Source: Lama glama (Eukaryota). From it: a DNA stretch of 64,000 bases. Position numbers and translations under genes: made by a program. The notes beneath the pieces were generated by a model. It was not told the origin of the DNA. It saw only the letters and a program-made list of their open reading frames with translations, and did not search any database. Every line of letters begins with the position of its first letter. The stretch's first letter is position 1. Where the stretch lies: assembly GCA_028534125.1 (NCBI GenBank), contig CM052847.1, forward strand, positions 22,692,001 through 22,756,000. The letters run 5' to 3'. Positions 37,896-51,094 of the stretch are shown piece after piece.

Positions 37896-40249
37896 CTAAG
37901 ACGTGCTCTGTAAACAAGATGTAATTTACACGAAGTACTTCCTGGTTGTCAGAAGCACGTCTAGGGTGGAGCACCTGCTTTCCTGCTTTATGAGGCTCCT
38001 CCCGACTCTTGGTGGCACAGGGAGGCTCCGGAAGGAGCATCCTAATGTGGTCATTTGAACCAGAGCTTGGCCGAACAAGGGGCTGCGGTGAAAGGTGGAG
38101 ACGTGGGGAGAGAGGAGAGTCCTCCCGAAGCCGCAGTGCCATGAGCGTCAGCAGGGAATCCTGCCTGCAAGGAGGACGCGTGGATGATGTGGGAAACCAG
38201 CACCTGAGAGACGGGGACCAAGGAGACGGAGGGCGTGAGGAAGGTGGCACCAGGTGGGGTTCGGGAGAGTCCCCCGAATGGGAGGAGTCTGCAGGGGACA
38301 CAGGTGGGCGGGGTCACGTTCGAGCGGGTGCTGTCTGGGTCTGCCTCAGCACACAGCCCAAATTCTCGCACTGGGGCTCCGGTTACCTGCTCCCTTAGGG
38401 TCACCCCTGAGCCATCCACCAGGGCCAGGAGCTGGATGGAACCGCGTCGTCCTGGACCCCTGAAGACAGATGAAGCATAGGCGTACTGAACATACCTCCG
38501 CGGTTTCTGACTTGGAGGCCTGGCGATAATTTTGATAATCATCCAAATTGATCAAAAATTATCAAAATTTTGAGTACAAATACAAGTTGCCACTGTGTAA
38601 AAATAAGTACAAATCCTCATGGTATGGCCATGGAGAAGGGTCTCTCTTGCAGGTTTTGTTGCGGAATGTGCACGTTCTGTGTGCGTTTAGGGTTAATCTC
38701 ACTGCTGTTTCCTGGTGCTTCTCCAAACCTTATTTAAAACATAATTAAGATAATACGCTCGATTGCAGCAGAAAAAAATACGAAATGAGTCGAATAGTGA
38801 GAGAAAAGAAATTGCACCATATGGTTCTGCCATTACCGAGGTCTACCCTAAACACAGACTCCTAGCAAAATGTATTGAAAAACAGTTCCTTCTTACATGC
38901 ATAAAAGTTACTTTCATGCAGTAACCTGACACCGTGGTCCCATTTCTTTTTCTTTTCGGCAGGGGTTGTGAGAAAGAAATAAACGTGGAGTTCGTACGGG
39001 GTGGGAAAGGGGTGACTCGAACCGCCAAACCTCTCAGCGCTCCCCGAGGTGGAGCTCGCTGAAGTGAGACCAGCTCAGACGCCGTGTGTCCACGGGCATG
39101 ACGGTGCCGTCAGGACGTGGGCACGGGGCTCGCAGTTTGGGGTGGGTGCAGCTTGCCTCCTTTGCAGAGGCAAGTTGAGTAGACGTACTTCTCCCAGGGG
39201 CTGCGGGGGCTGAGTCTCAGCCTTGGGAGGAGGTGACAGGGAGCCTCGGAGAGAACGTTAGCATCTGAAGGAGGCACGCACTTTACAAAACCACATTCTC
39301 AAGAGAAAGAGAGACAGAGAGACTGGGATGTAGATGTGCACGTGTGTGCACACACTTCTCCACAGGACCGAATGAAATCCTCTTTCTTGCTGTGGATGCC
39401 TGAGATATAAATTTGTGAATGCCGTGTGAAACCTCTCAGGGGCAGTGCGCTTCGGCGTGGCCGGGCCAGCAGGGGTCGATGGTGCCGCGTCACGGGGCCC
39501 AGCAGGGAGCGGGAGTTACGGCAGGGACCACCGGGCACCCCCAGCTGGGGCTGGTGACCCAGCCACAGCCTTTCTCTGTGAAGCACTGGATGTGGGTGGG
39601 TCGTCGATGACTCACAGGAGGCACCGTCCACGTCCCACCTGCCGATCCACCTGGCTGCCAGCCGTCGAGTCAGCCCCAGAATTGCCTCACATTATGGTTT
39701 CCGTGTCGGATCTCACCAGGCTACTCCCAAAGTGTAGCATTTCTCATGGGCCAGCTTTGGTATCAGGGAGGGTGATGGCTGTTCAATGGGCAGAGTTCTT
39801 AGAAAGAAGAGAATAAAACCTTAATCCTGCCCTCGGCCCAGCTGATTAACAAATCAAATGGCTTTGTCCTTAGTTGAGACACTGAATTTCTGGCCTCCAG
39901 ATTCTCGTCAGTGAAGAAAACCTTGAATTCTGTTTCCTAACCCTTCTGAAATGCCCAGGGGGGAGAAGCGATATTTATGGAGGATTGTGTGAAGGACACG
40001 AAGTCCATAAATTCCCCCGGCTGGCTTACATTTACCCTTGGATCACAACGCGCTGCGGGAGGGCGATATATCTGAGCTGCCTGATTGGGGCCCTCCGTGG
40101 AATTGCTTCTTTGTGCTCTGCTCTGCACTGGTTTTTGTTTTTAATTGAATGAAGGATAATTTTGAGAAACAGATAATGCGTGAGTTCGGTGCGTGCATGT
40201 GTGTGTAGAAAAAGTCGTGCTGGTGCCGGGAGAGGATTCACGAGGGCCG

Positions 40250-40372
40250 TTTATTAAGGTGCAGATTCCCGTCTCCGCCAGTGGTTCTGTTTGGGGTGGA
40301 GTTGGGGGCCCTGCATTCTTCAAGATGTTAATGGTGATTCTGATGCCAAGGGTCTGCGGTGAAACTTAGAAA
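40250..40372. mobile_element. MER5-like hAT relic
   Basis: attaaggtgcagattccc...ctgcattcttcaaga...ggtgattctgatgc...aacttagaaaa. Confidence 0.55.
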
Positions 40373-40937
40373 AAGATCGCCTTCGAGAACCTAGAGGAGG
40401 CTCTGGATTCTAACTCTAGAAAAATTAGTACATGCACAGCCCAAACTCTGAGCACAATTCCAAGAGAATCAAGAGGATCCCCATGGATGTCAAATTAAAC
40501 CCTCGGTTGCATAAATGTTTAGGCCATCCAAACACTTGGCCCATTTAAGAGGACACACTAGAAATCTGTCTCCAGGTTTCAGGTCAGTAAGACCAGCGCT
40601 GTTCCAGAAGAAGCGGATTGCTTTTATTTTATGATTATTGTAAATCTTGTTGGAGATGGTGATTTCTTTGCATTGGTGACAGGGAAGCTCTTCTCTAACT
40701 GTGCACCCACCTCCAGCTGATGGACGGGATGTTCACATTGTTGCAGTGCACCTGTGTGGCTCCTATGTTATTGGCCTAGTCCAATTTCTCCTTGCTATTA
40801 CTCAAAAATTTTTTATCTTTTTGTATTGTATTTATGAAAGAGGAAAGAGATAACCAGTTAAATTATTATTTTGAATTAGCAAACCTATTAGTAGTTAAAA
40901 CCGGCATAGTGGTAGCAAGACTTGGCTTGGGACTCAC

Positions 40938-41025
40938 CATCATTTGTGTCATAGCCCTTTCTGATCACGATGGAAATGGAGTTTCTACTGGAGCCATCAC
41001 GGCTCAGCAGAGCCAGTTCCACTCC
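40938..41025 (-). other. Orphan internal exon candidate (88 nt); host gene unknown
   Basis: Minus-strand acceptor gtttgtctcttttctgcacgttatag and donor ATG|gtgagt. One stop-free frame: GVELALLSRDGSSRNSISIVIRKGYDTND. Product not recognised. Confidence 0.3.
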
Positions 41026-43984
41026 CTATAACGTGCAGAAAAGAGACAAACACACCAGCATTTTGGTTTATGTAACACGTAATTAGGTTAAAAACTTTGC
41101 AGAGCACAGGAGGAAAACCCCAAAAGCAAGAGGCACCAGGCAGGCAACCTGACATGAGGGAGGCCGTGTGGTGTGTGAATACAGAGGGTGGAGCGGCGGC
41201 CGGAACCGGATCTGGGATCTGGACTTGGGACGAGTCATGATTAAGAAGTAGGGACAGAGGAACGACAACTAACTGCAGTTTTTCTAAGAAGTCAAAACTC
41301 TTTTTAGGCAGACACATCCAAATAGAGCGCACGGTGCCACGTAAAACACACAGCGAGTGTGGGCTGTCATCTAAAATATCTAGGAGGCTACAGAGGTCAC
41401 CTCTTGGTGTGGACGGAGAGGCCCGCGTGAGAGTGAGCGATGGGAGATCAGAAACCAGACGGGAGGGACGCATGATGGCAGAGGAGGGCCCGGCATGAAG
41501 GGCCGGGGCGGCGTCTGCAGGGCCAGCGGACTCACGGCCCACAGGGGACCGGAGGAGTTCACTGTCTGGATTTCAAACTACAGGTGTTGTATTATTTCCT
41601 AAACTGATGTTACACCAGGGTGTTTATTTTGGCTTGGATGGGGTCTTGCCCTGTGATCACATGGAGAGACCAGACCTACACGACCGCACTTACCCGTCAG
41701 GCGAGTCCCGGGAGAACCACGGAGGAGCTACTCACTCGGGTTCACTGTGACGGTGCGCGTTCTGTGAGACGTCGTGCTAAAAGGTGTCTTGAAAACTACC
41801 AGGAAGGACTTGATTTTCTCATTACTGCAAAATAGTCTCTAGGACTTACTGTCTTCCAGTCGCATTTTATCTTGAAGTCAGGACTAGGGAGTTCCATGTA
41901 TTTATTTCAATGACTTATGCTAACGACATTTAGAAGCCGGTTGAAAAGTTTAAATCAGACTTTTTTTCTGACTCCATTCTATACGTTTGCCATTTCGTTG
42001 TGAAAGTTTTCATTGTGTGCTGGTAGCTAACTAAGCACTGAGCTTTACTAAAAGCTGATACGAGGAGATGGCACTACACCTGCTTAGAAGCTGGGTTTGG
42101 TTATGGCTCAAAGAGACGTGCTGTCCTCACCGTGTGGGGGCGAGACCTGAGGGCTCTCCAGATGCTCCAGACGTCCTGAGGCCGTGACACCGTGGACATC
42201 CTCTTTCCCAAAGAAGCCGTTGCTGAATTTTAATGGCAACATATGTAAAAACACACGCTTACTTATGGAATTTTCTTGGAGGAGATGGAATCCGTATTGT
42301 AGGCTCTGGCGAGAGGCTGCGTTGTCCGCACGGAGCACCTCCACGTCCGCGGTGGTCGCCGGATACGCAGGAGTGGCCGAGAAAACCGCGCTCAGGGATT
42401 TCAGTCAGCAGAGGCTTCTGGTTTGGTGGGGGTGGTAGAAAAGGCGACTTGTCTTGAAGCTGAACTCACCCACCGGGCATACTCTTTATGAGATTGTAAT
42501 GTGACTTGGGGTGCATGGCGGGCATTTGGGAGGTCAGAGCCCCTGTCTCTTCCCGTGGCTCAGCCTGCATTTCTTGGCCAGGAGTGGGGAGCAAAGCTCA
42601 CTCTGTCTGTACGGTCATTGAATCGTTGTGAGAGGACACTCTGCTGTGGTCACCTGGCTGCAGCAAGGTGCCCTCTTTCAGAAGAAGCAGCGCGGAAGGG
42701 TCCCTGGCAGTTGGGGTTCTGCCAAGCCGGAAACAACCGTCAGCAGGCTTTAGTCTCCCGCGTGGGCCGCTGCCCCCGGAGTGCTGTCTTAGTCCACGGA
42801 TTTTAAAAAATAAAACACAGGGTCGTTTCCACTGGGCGTTCATCACTGGGCTGTTACTGTGGCTTTCGTAATGAAACAGCGGTTCTCTGGCCAGTGCAGG
42901 GTCTCAGTTTACTGCGGGCGTGCACACACACAGGCACACGTATTTACAGGTAAACAAGCAGCAGAAGGCTGGGCGGCAGCGCTGTTTCAAAGGCAGCTGG
43001 TTAACCTCGGCCCCAGCGCTGGTTTTCAGGAGACACGGCTGCCGTCTGGAAAGATACGCTCAGTCCGCCCCAGCCTTTGAAGTCTGCACGTCGGAGGATA
43101 AACCGCGGAGTGGAGGGCAGACTCGGGGCAGGGCCGCCCCTGCCGCACGAGCACCGTGTGCACGCCTGCGGGTGCGTGAGCGACCCAGTCAGCTCATGAG
43201 GAAGCAGGTCCGACGGGCCACTGAGGGCACGAGCAGGCACCGCGAAGTGCGGGCGTGCGTCCCTTCTCCTGCTTCCGTCCTTGGTGACTCACAGGCACTC
43301 GGCACCCTGACCTTGCCCGGCCCCACACGCTCACGTGGTCATTGCTCTGACCTGAATCTGTCGTGGTCTAAGGCAGGACACGCAGACTTGCTGCAAAAGC
43401 ACACCCACAGAAATGAACAAAAGCTGGAATAAACCCACCCAGGAATTAGCGAAGAACAAGGAGTTTACATTCTTCTCTCACTCACACCACTTGGGGCTGC
43501 ATAATCACTTCCACCATCAGACAGCAAAGGAAATGCCGTGATCCGTGCTGTGTCGCCAAAAACGTGAGTCCTGATGCTTCAGTCCGGAGCCAATGTTGTG
43601 ACTTAACCAAAACGTGCACGAGGCAGTCACGGCGGCACGGACCGAAGGTTCGGATGATTTTAAATCTGCGTTGTGTCACGACCTTGTGGCCTGTCCGTGT
43701 TCGTGAATCAAAGCCACACTGTGTTGGGAGCAGCCAGGATGGTCTGGTCTGGCCACGAGCTTCCGTCGGTCTGAGCTCGGTGTAACGACACTGTGGCCCT
43801 TGGCATGAAGCCCAGACACCTGGTCTCGTCCCGCGGAAGTCCCATTCCCTTTCTGAGCCCCCTCCCTGCCCCGACTCCGGCTCCCTGCGCCCCCGCTGTC
43901 CCTGCACCTCCCTTGGTGGGACACACCCCCCCCTTCCCCTCCAGCGTGGGGGACAATGTCCCTGATCCACAAAATGACCTCCCT

Positions 43985-44341
43985 TCCCAGCCTGGTCTCA
44001 GGAGAGCCACCATCACTGAGTCACATTTCTCCCCACCACCTGGAGAGGGTGCACAGTTCCCCCCAAAGCCCTGGGGGGTCCTTCCCGCTACCCTGGCTTC
44101 GGGGGTGGGCGACATCACCTCGTCTCTGCCTTCATCCTGTCGGGATGGTCTCCTGTGTCTGTGTCTTCCTATAAGGACGTCAGTCGTGTTGGACCAGGGT
44201 CCACCCTCCTCCACTGCGATCCTGTCCCCTTAACTGATTCCATCTGCGGTGACCCCCTTTCCAAATAAGGTCACATTCTGAGGCTCTGGGGGCAGGACTT
44301 CCACGTAGCTCCCGGGGAGCACAGCTCCACCCACGGCAGCC
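43985..44341 (-). mobile_element. MLT1C/B-like MaLR LTR
   Basis: catcacctcgtctctgccttcatc...cctataaggacgtcagtc...ccatctgcggtgaccccctttccaaataaggtcacattctgaggctctggggg. Confidence 0.75.
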
Positions 44342-45164
44342 ACTCCATACAAGGAGCCCCGGTCCCATCAGTGGCCTGGCTTCCCTTCGCTGTGCAGGAC
44401 TTTCTGCCCCACTGCCCTCGCTCACCTACCTGCCCGGTTTACTCTGTCTCTGCTGCAAAACTGTAAAGTCCGGGAGAGGGAGACCCGTTTGTGCCTTCTC
44501 TCCGCTCAGGTCCTAGAAAAACGGGAGACCCAAAAGCAGGCACAGAATGAGCGGATGGTGCTTGAATCACAAAGTAAACTTGCTGACAGTGTGAGAGCTG
44601 GTGGCACATTGACACGTGCACAGGAGCAGCAGTGACCCTCGCTTGGCAGCATTTCACAGATTTAACCAGCTTTCTCCGTGCCTCTCCTGTGATTTTTACA
44701 CCAGCCCGTTGGCCGAGCGAGGAGGTACTGTCAGCTTTCTGGTCCGGACGGCACAGGCAGGGGAGCGTCCCGCGGCTCTGCTCTGCTCTTCTCGCCTCCC
44801 CTCTCTCCTCTCCTGAGCTACGATCACAGGCCGGCTCCTCACCTCGCGGAGGGCCGCGTGGCTTTAGGAAAAGATAACGAATGTAGACCCCACGTCCGGG
44901 GAGGTCGTGCAGCCGTCCAGTCTGAGCCTGTTCACTCCACTTCGTTCTCTGTAAAACTCACATCTCAGTTTGGGGCTTTGTACTGGTTGCCCTGCTCACT
45001 GTCAGGCAGAAAGACAGCTGAGGGGACAAGATGCCGAACCAAAGGGTGGGCTTCCAGTGGGAACGCACCACGACGGCTGCCCCTTTCCCCGTGTTCACAG
45101 GAGTTACGTAAGAACTCGGGGGCAGCACGTCAGTGAGATCGTAAAGCTGGTTAAATCCAAAGGA

Positions 45165-45245
45165 TGCATTTCCTGACTAAATACCCAGAGGTGGGATTTC
45201 TGGATCCTGCGGGAGTTCTGTTTTTAATTTTTGAGGCATCTCCTT
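45165..45245 (-). mobile_element. Short L1 fragment
   Basis: taaatacccagaggtgggatttctggatcc...gttctgtttttaatttttgagg is antisense to the L1 ORF2 C-terminal region. Confidence 0.6.
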
Positions 45246-48200
45246 ACTGGATCAATGAACAAACATCACCAAGTGATGTAGCCAGAACTAGTGCCCTGAT
45301 GGCCAGATCTTACAGAATTACGTGGTCACATCCCGCCAAAAGGCGTTGGATCTGTGGGGCTCCTTGAGTAAATGGGTTGCTGCTCAGGTGTCTCTGAGTT
45401 ACAAGATCAGGGCATGCGTCTGGCTAGGGGTGAGCAGACTGGGAAACATTTGGCCACAAAAGCTCGCACAGCCCCAAGAAATCTGGAAGAGAGAAAGGTC
45501 AGGATTTGAGCTGCAAGGTTGTCCCAGGAGGCTCGCTGCCAGGGGTCTGGTGCCTGAGCAGAGGGGTCCACCTGTGTGTAACCCAGCAGAGGGTGCCGCC
45601 CCATCTCCTCCACAGGGGGAGATGGGCTCATGCGACCAGGCCAGAGGGCGCTCCTGACCAAGGAGGAACCACCTCCTGAAATACAGGCCTGTCAGGCGGC
45701 CCCTCAAGAACCCCCGAAACGTCACGTGTCTCCCACCTAGCGGGCAGCAGATGACCGCATCCCCAGTTGGCAGAAGGAGAGGCTCGGGGACCGTGGACCA
45801 CACAGTCAGCCCCGTCAGGGCCTTGAACCCGCAGATAGAGCGGGCGGCCAGTGAGACGTGGGACATCTCTGCTTCCCCATTTAACATCTTCCTCCCCGCA
45901 GGTCAAGGGTGACGGTACCAGACGGGTCCATCAGGCTGACCACGTGGACGACAGCATAGTCTCCGGAGGGAAGTGTGTATCTGACGGGCCCACGGTGTCG
46001 CGGGCGGCAGTTTGGTGGCACCGGGCCTTCGTCTGTGCTTACAGGGATTTGGCAGTGCCGTCCCAGGGCTCTCTGGAGGGAAGGCCCCCGTGAAGACTTC
46101 CGCCCGCGGCCAAGTGCAGGGCCCGCGGCACGCCACGCTGCGCCACGCTGCTCAGCCCCCTCGGGGGCTGTGGACAGACACTGCCGACTTCATCTTCTGG
46201 ATCGTTTCTGAGTATGAGTCAAAAGGCAGCGCCAACAGAATTTTTGAACGTGCGTTTTTTTCACCAAATCTAAGATGAGTGTATCTTTTAAAAGAATTTG
46301 CCTCAAAAATATACAATATCTTATAAATTATGGATTAATCCTACATTTGAGAAGTTTTATATATACAAAGGAATGGATACTTTACATTAAATGTTTTCAT
46401 GACCCAAATGAAGAAACAAAAATATAACCTCTCTTATAATTTCTGCAATTTTTAAAAAATGAATTGATAGATTAATATTTAAATTAGCACAGTGGGAAGA
46501 TTCCAGTCTGCTCTAAATTCAGTGAATTCCCTTCCGTCTGTTTCCGTTTTTCCGTCCTCCTCTCTGGAGTCACAGCTGGCTCTGCTCACACCAAGGGCTG
46601 CCCTTTGCGCCTACAGTCGGCGGAGGGCCACGGCCTCTGCTTTTATTCCCTGACGCCTCTCGAGTCTGCGGGTGCGCACCTGCGCCTGGTTAACACGTGG
46701 ACTCAACTACAGACGTCCTTCTGTACATTTTATCTTCAGACAGCTTACCTGAACCTTGCCTATGACAGTATACTACGTGCATTTTCCTGTTTTGTTTTCT
46801 TTCTAAGTCGGACTGTGTCTCAGCAGTAAGTCAGAGGTCACGGCGGAGTCCTGTGACCTCCAGCTCAGCGGCTACAGTCCGTCAGCCTGGGGGCGGTCCG
46901 AGCAGGGGCCAGGCCCGGGCTTCGAGTGCCCCTCCGCCCTTGCTCCTGAGAGTTTCAGAGATTCCACAGCCTGCGCCGGACTCTCCCTTGTCGCCGTGGG
47001 TTTGCACAGCGAGCGGCCAGCTCACCGCATGGTGGTGTGTCTGTGTGTGATGTGCGCAGAGTAGCTTTAGTTAGCGAGGTGTTTCTGTTTTCTTTTTCTT
47101 TTCGTCGTTCAAACCATTTGCAACCAAACAGCTCAAGTAATTTAAGTGTTAAGTCTTTCCCAGCCTTTACTTTGCATCAGAATCAACCTAGGACTTTTAA
47201 AACCTTTTACCTGAGTCCCGCTCAGCGACTGGGTTTGATTTTGAAGGTTTGCTACCCAAGGTGCGGACCAAGACCGAAGGGAGCAGGAGCCAAGACCCGC
47301 CGGCCCCGGGGCTCGGCAGCACCGCCTGCAGGGCGGTGTGCGCCTCTGCAGCCCGCGCCCCACGTGACTCTGAAGCACACGGAGGCCTGGGAGCCAGAAA
47401 TCCCCGTGAGCACAGGCTGAGCTGAAAACTAAGAGAAAGTTCTGTGCGTCCCCCTTCCTCCCCGACCCAGGCCCAGACCTCCACGCCCACCTTCACGGAT
47501 CTAAATTCAGCAGTTTTCGCTGTGCTCTTGGCATTTTAAATCTAGATTTCTGGTTTCCCCTGGAGTATCCGGCAGTTCTGGCCACGCCCCTGTGGTGACA
47601 GGCGGCCTCGCTAACCGCCCCCCCCACCAGGCCCTGTGTTAACTGGTGCTCCCTCTGCACTGCTGCTTTTGATGGCTCTGTACACCCATGTCGCTCTCAA
47701 AATAAGGAAACAAAACACAGACCAAGAGAAGCATGGTAGAACATCCATTGTGGCAGACGGGCAGTCCTACTGTTTAACCACAATTGGAGCGAATCTGCAT
47801 TGCAGACCCGGAGCCTTGACTGCAGGCGTCTCCAGCCTGTCCCTGCAGGCGTGTGTCTTTAAACCCTCGACCTGAAGTTTTCAGACGTCTTGTTACACTG
47901 CTCAGTGCGTCGGGTGATTTACCCAGTTGTCCATCTAGACTGACCTATGCAGAATGGAATGCTTTGGAATTTAGGGAGAGCATTGCATATTCCAGACTCC
48001 TACCTGCTGTCCCCCAGATGGCAGGGAACATTGCTGACGGGGTCGCCAGCAGAACGCTTCCACTGCATGTGTTCTGGTGCTCCCTGACCACACGCACACA
48101 CACACACCCACTCACATGCACACGTATGCACACACGTCTCTCTCACACCTGCAGTCTGGGGGGACGGGCCCGGACACAGTGTCCAGTGAATGGTCAGCAG

Positions 48201-48699
48201 ACGCACCTTTTCTCCCTAATTAAGGCCTTCGATGTCCCGGGGACACAGCACCTTGGCCCTCTCTCCAGCAGAAGTAGAGCTGAATTCCCCACCAGGCCTT
48301 CCCACGCGGTCAACTGCTGGAGTCAGAGGGTGCAGCCGGGGGTGGGAGGGTCCTACCTTTTATTTCTCATCAAGAGAAACCTGAGTGTGGGGGCCAAGGC
48401 CACCATCCCACCCCTGTGTCCTGCTGCAGTCGAACATGAATGGGCTGTGGGCCCAGGCATACGTGGTCCTGGAACGGGGCGGGCAGGGGTGCCGCTGGAT
48501 GGACACGGGGACCCGTAGCCACCTTTACTCTCTCGTCAGCGCTGTGTGAAGCCAGTGTTCCCTGTGAGACGCAGCACCTTTCACCCAGCAGGGTGCGTCA
48601 CGACCGGGAGACGGGTCTGTTGCACCTCAGGGACCCGAGGGCGGGTGCCTGGTCCCCCCACCTGCAGGTGGAGCTAGAGGCGGGTGCGCGGGAGTCAGT

Positions 48700-49060
48700 G
48701 ACACCTGCCTGCACCTGTGCCTACAGGTGCGCACACCCGCCTCCCTGCACACACTCCCGTGTCTGCCTGCACACCCGCCGGCCACACAACTGCATGTGTG
48801 CCCGCACACCTGCTCACGCATCTCTCACACAGGTACCTGCACGTGCACCTTCACACACACACTGGTGTGCCCACGTACGTGCACTTACTCACACCTGCCT
48901 ACATCTCTGCTTACACACGTGTCTCCACGTGCACCCGCCATCACACGTGCACACGTATGTGCCTCCTTCCATGCACATTCCTACTTCCACACACACCTCC
49001 CTGCATGCATACCGACACGGTATCTGGACACACACACACATACAGGAAACGCTCACACCT
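48700..49060. repeat. Degenerate CA/CACGTG-rich low-complexity tract
   Basis: Repeated cacac/cacgtg/cacctg words. Similar smaller tracts at about 15010-15120, 26355-26425 and 48090-48150. Confidence 0.75.
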
Positions 49061-51094
49061 GCCCGCCTGCAGAGGCAGGCTGCCGTGGTTCGAGCTCTGC
49101 AGGGCAGGTCCGCGCAAGTCCCCCCAGATGAATGGTCAGGGCATCAGCCGCCTAGAGGCCCGAGTTTATTAGCAATTTCACCGCCTGCATCCTGTCCCGG
49201 GTGGCGCTGGATCTCCCTGGGCTGTGACTGGGAGGACCTGGCGGGGGCAGGGGAGCGGCACCTGCGACCCTGGAGGAGCCCGCCCCGCAACTCGGCTGTG
49301 ACTCGCTCTTCTCGCTGTTTGTGACCCTCACGCATGAGCGTCCGACAGATGGTGTCTGGCAAGCTCAGGTGTTTAAGGAGAACTCCCCACACCAGTAGTT
49401 TCAAGCCCTGACTTTTTTGTGTGTCACTTTTTGAACCACTTTCCCAGGATTTGTTTCCTTTGCAGCCAAATGTGGGAAATGAAGTCTGCGCATGAGAGAC
49501 AGTATTGTCCAGGGAAACGTCCAGAGGGTTAATGTATTTTGACTGAAACTAGCAGGAAGTTGTGTCTCAGCGGTGCTTACAGGCTTATTGTAAATACGTC
49601 ACCTGGAGAGCAATTTGTTAAACAAGAAACATCAGGTGGAGAACTAGGAAGGCGGAGTAAATGGGGAGAGACAGATCCGGAGGGGCCGTGATGAGCACCC
49701 GCGGTGTCGGTAAAGGGGAGGCTGCCTCCTCCATTCAGCACCAGGAAAACCCCTGACGCCGGGGGAGCAAGGAGAGATGCTTTCATGACGTTGCTTGGCA
49801 GTCAAGTCGTATCTGAAACTGGAGGCTCAGTCATTCCAACCCCCTCGGGTTGTAAACGGGGTGAAAGTTGAGCGGGTTGGAACAAGCTCGGCTCTGACTT
49901 GATTAGACGCCATCAGGTCACAGCTGCCAGGGCGGGAACTTCCTGGCTTCCTCGGCGCGTGCAGATCAGGGCTCTCTGGGACAGGCAGCGGCCGAGGACG
50001 CCCCGACTCCTGGACGTCAGGGACAGCGGAGGCGTCCTCGAGTCCCCGGGTTCACAGCAGCTCAGGGCTGTGTGCTCTCGTTTGTGTGGCTTTGTCTTTA
50101 GCTTCCCCGCATTGGAGATGGAAGATGGCAGGTCTTTTTAAAAACTTTTGTTGCTTATCACGTAGTAATCCAGATGGCTTTTCAGGGTGTCACCTTATTA
50201 AAAACACCAGTGGGAGATCAGAAAAACCATGTCTTTCGGTGGATTTTTCCAGGCAGACCTTTGTTTCTTCTCAAGCAAAAAGCTGTTGAAAATTGCTGGC
50301 CCACTAGAGAGTGAAGTGCTGTCTTCTGCAGGCATTTGCGCGGACAAAGCGACTGCAACGTTTTCTTGGAATCACGGCTGCATTGTAAAGGTGTCAGGAC
50401 GCCACATCCTGTCACACCATTAGAATCCTGTTGTTTCAGTCATGGGGAAATTTGGATCCCAAAGACCTACAGCTAACGGTGCCCAGAGAAATAACTAAGC
50501 AACTGTGTCATTTGGAGTAGGAAAGAGTATTGAAAAATGCCATTTTGAAATATATGATTTTTCTCAGCTTTTGCTTTTAGCATCATTTGAATCTATAATT
50601 TAAATTCTACAAGATTTTTACAGAAAAGAAAATAGGAGAGAGATAAAAAGATGTACTGGAGATTCAGACATTTCGTTATAATTAGCCCACCTCGGTTTGT
50701 AAGGATATGGAAGTAGGCTGTTGGAATGCTTACAGTGTAACAACAGAGAAAGAGGAACGCTAAAACCACATCCAGGGACAGGATAAAAGAGAAGGATAAT
50801 TTCGTCTGTAAGTCAGAACTCACGGGTATGCAGTTTCTAAGCTGAGCTACACATTTAGCTCTGGGCTTCCTCACAGCCAAAGTGAAACGAGCTTGTTACA
50901 GTTTTGTGGACTTGATGCTCTTAGGGATGAAAAGCACAGCAGTGTCTCGGAGGAAGCCCAGACCAGAGACCAGGAGGGGTTGTGAGCGAGTTTCCACTGG
51001 GCCGCACGGCGGGGATCAGCCTCAAGGCACCCGTCAACGCTTGTGACCAGAGTACTCCCCGAGAGCTTCTAGCACGCGGGACTGTGGGTGTTTG

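Noticed and set aside
45870-46093. Plus-strand acceptor (cttcctccccgcag) followed by an open frame
   Set aside because: No convincing donor and an unrecognised peptide.
48440-49324. 294-aa His/Thr/Cys-rich ORF
   Set aside because: Translation of a CA-rich low-complexity tract.
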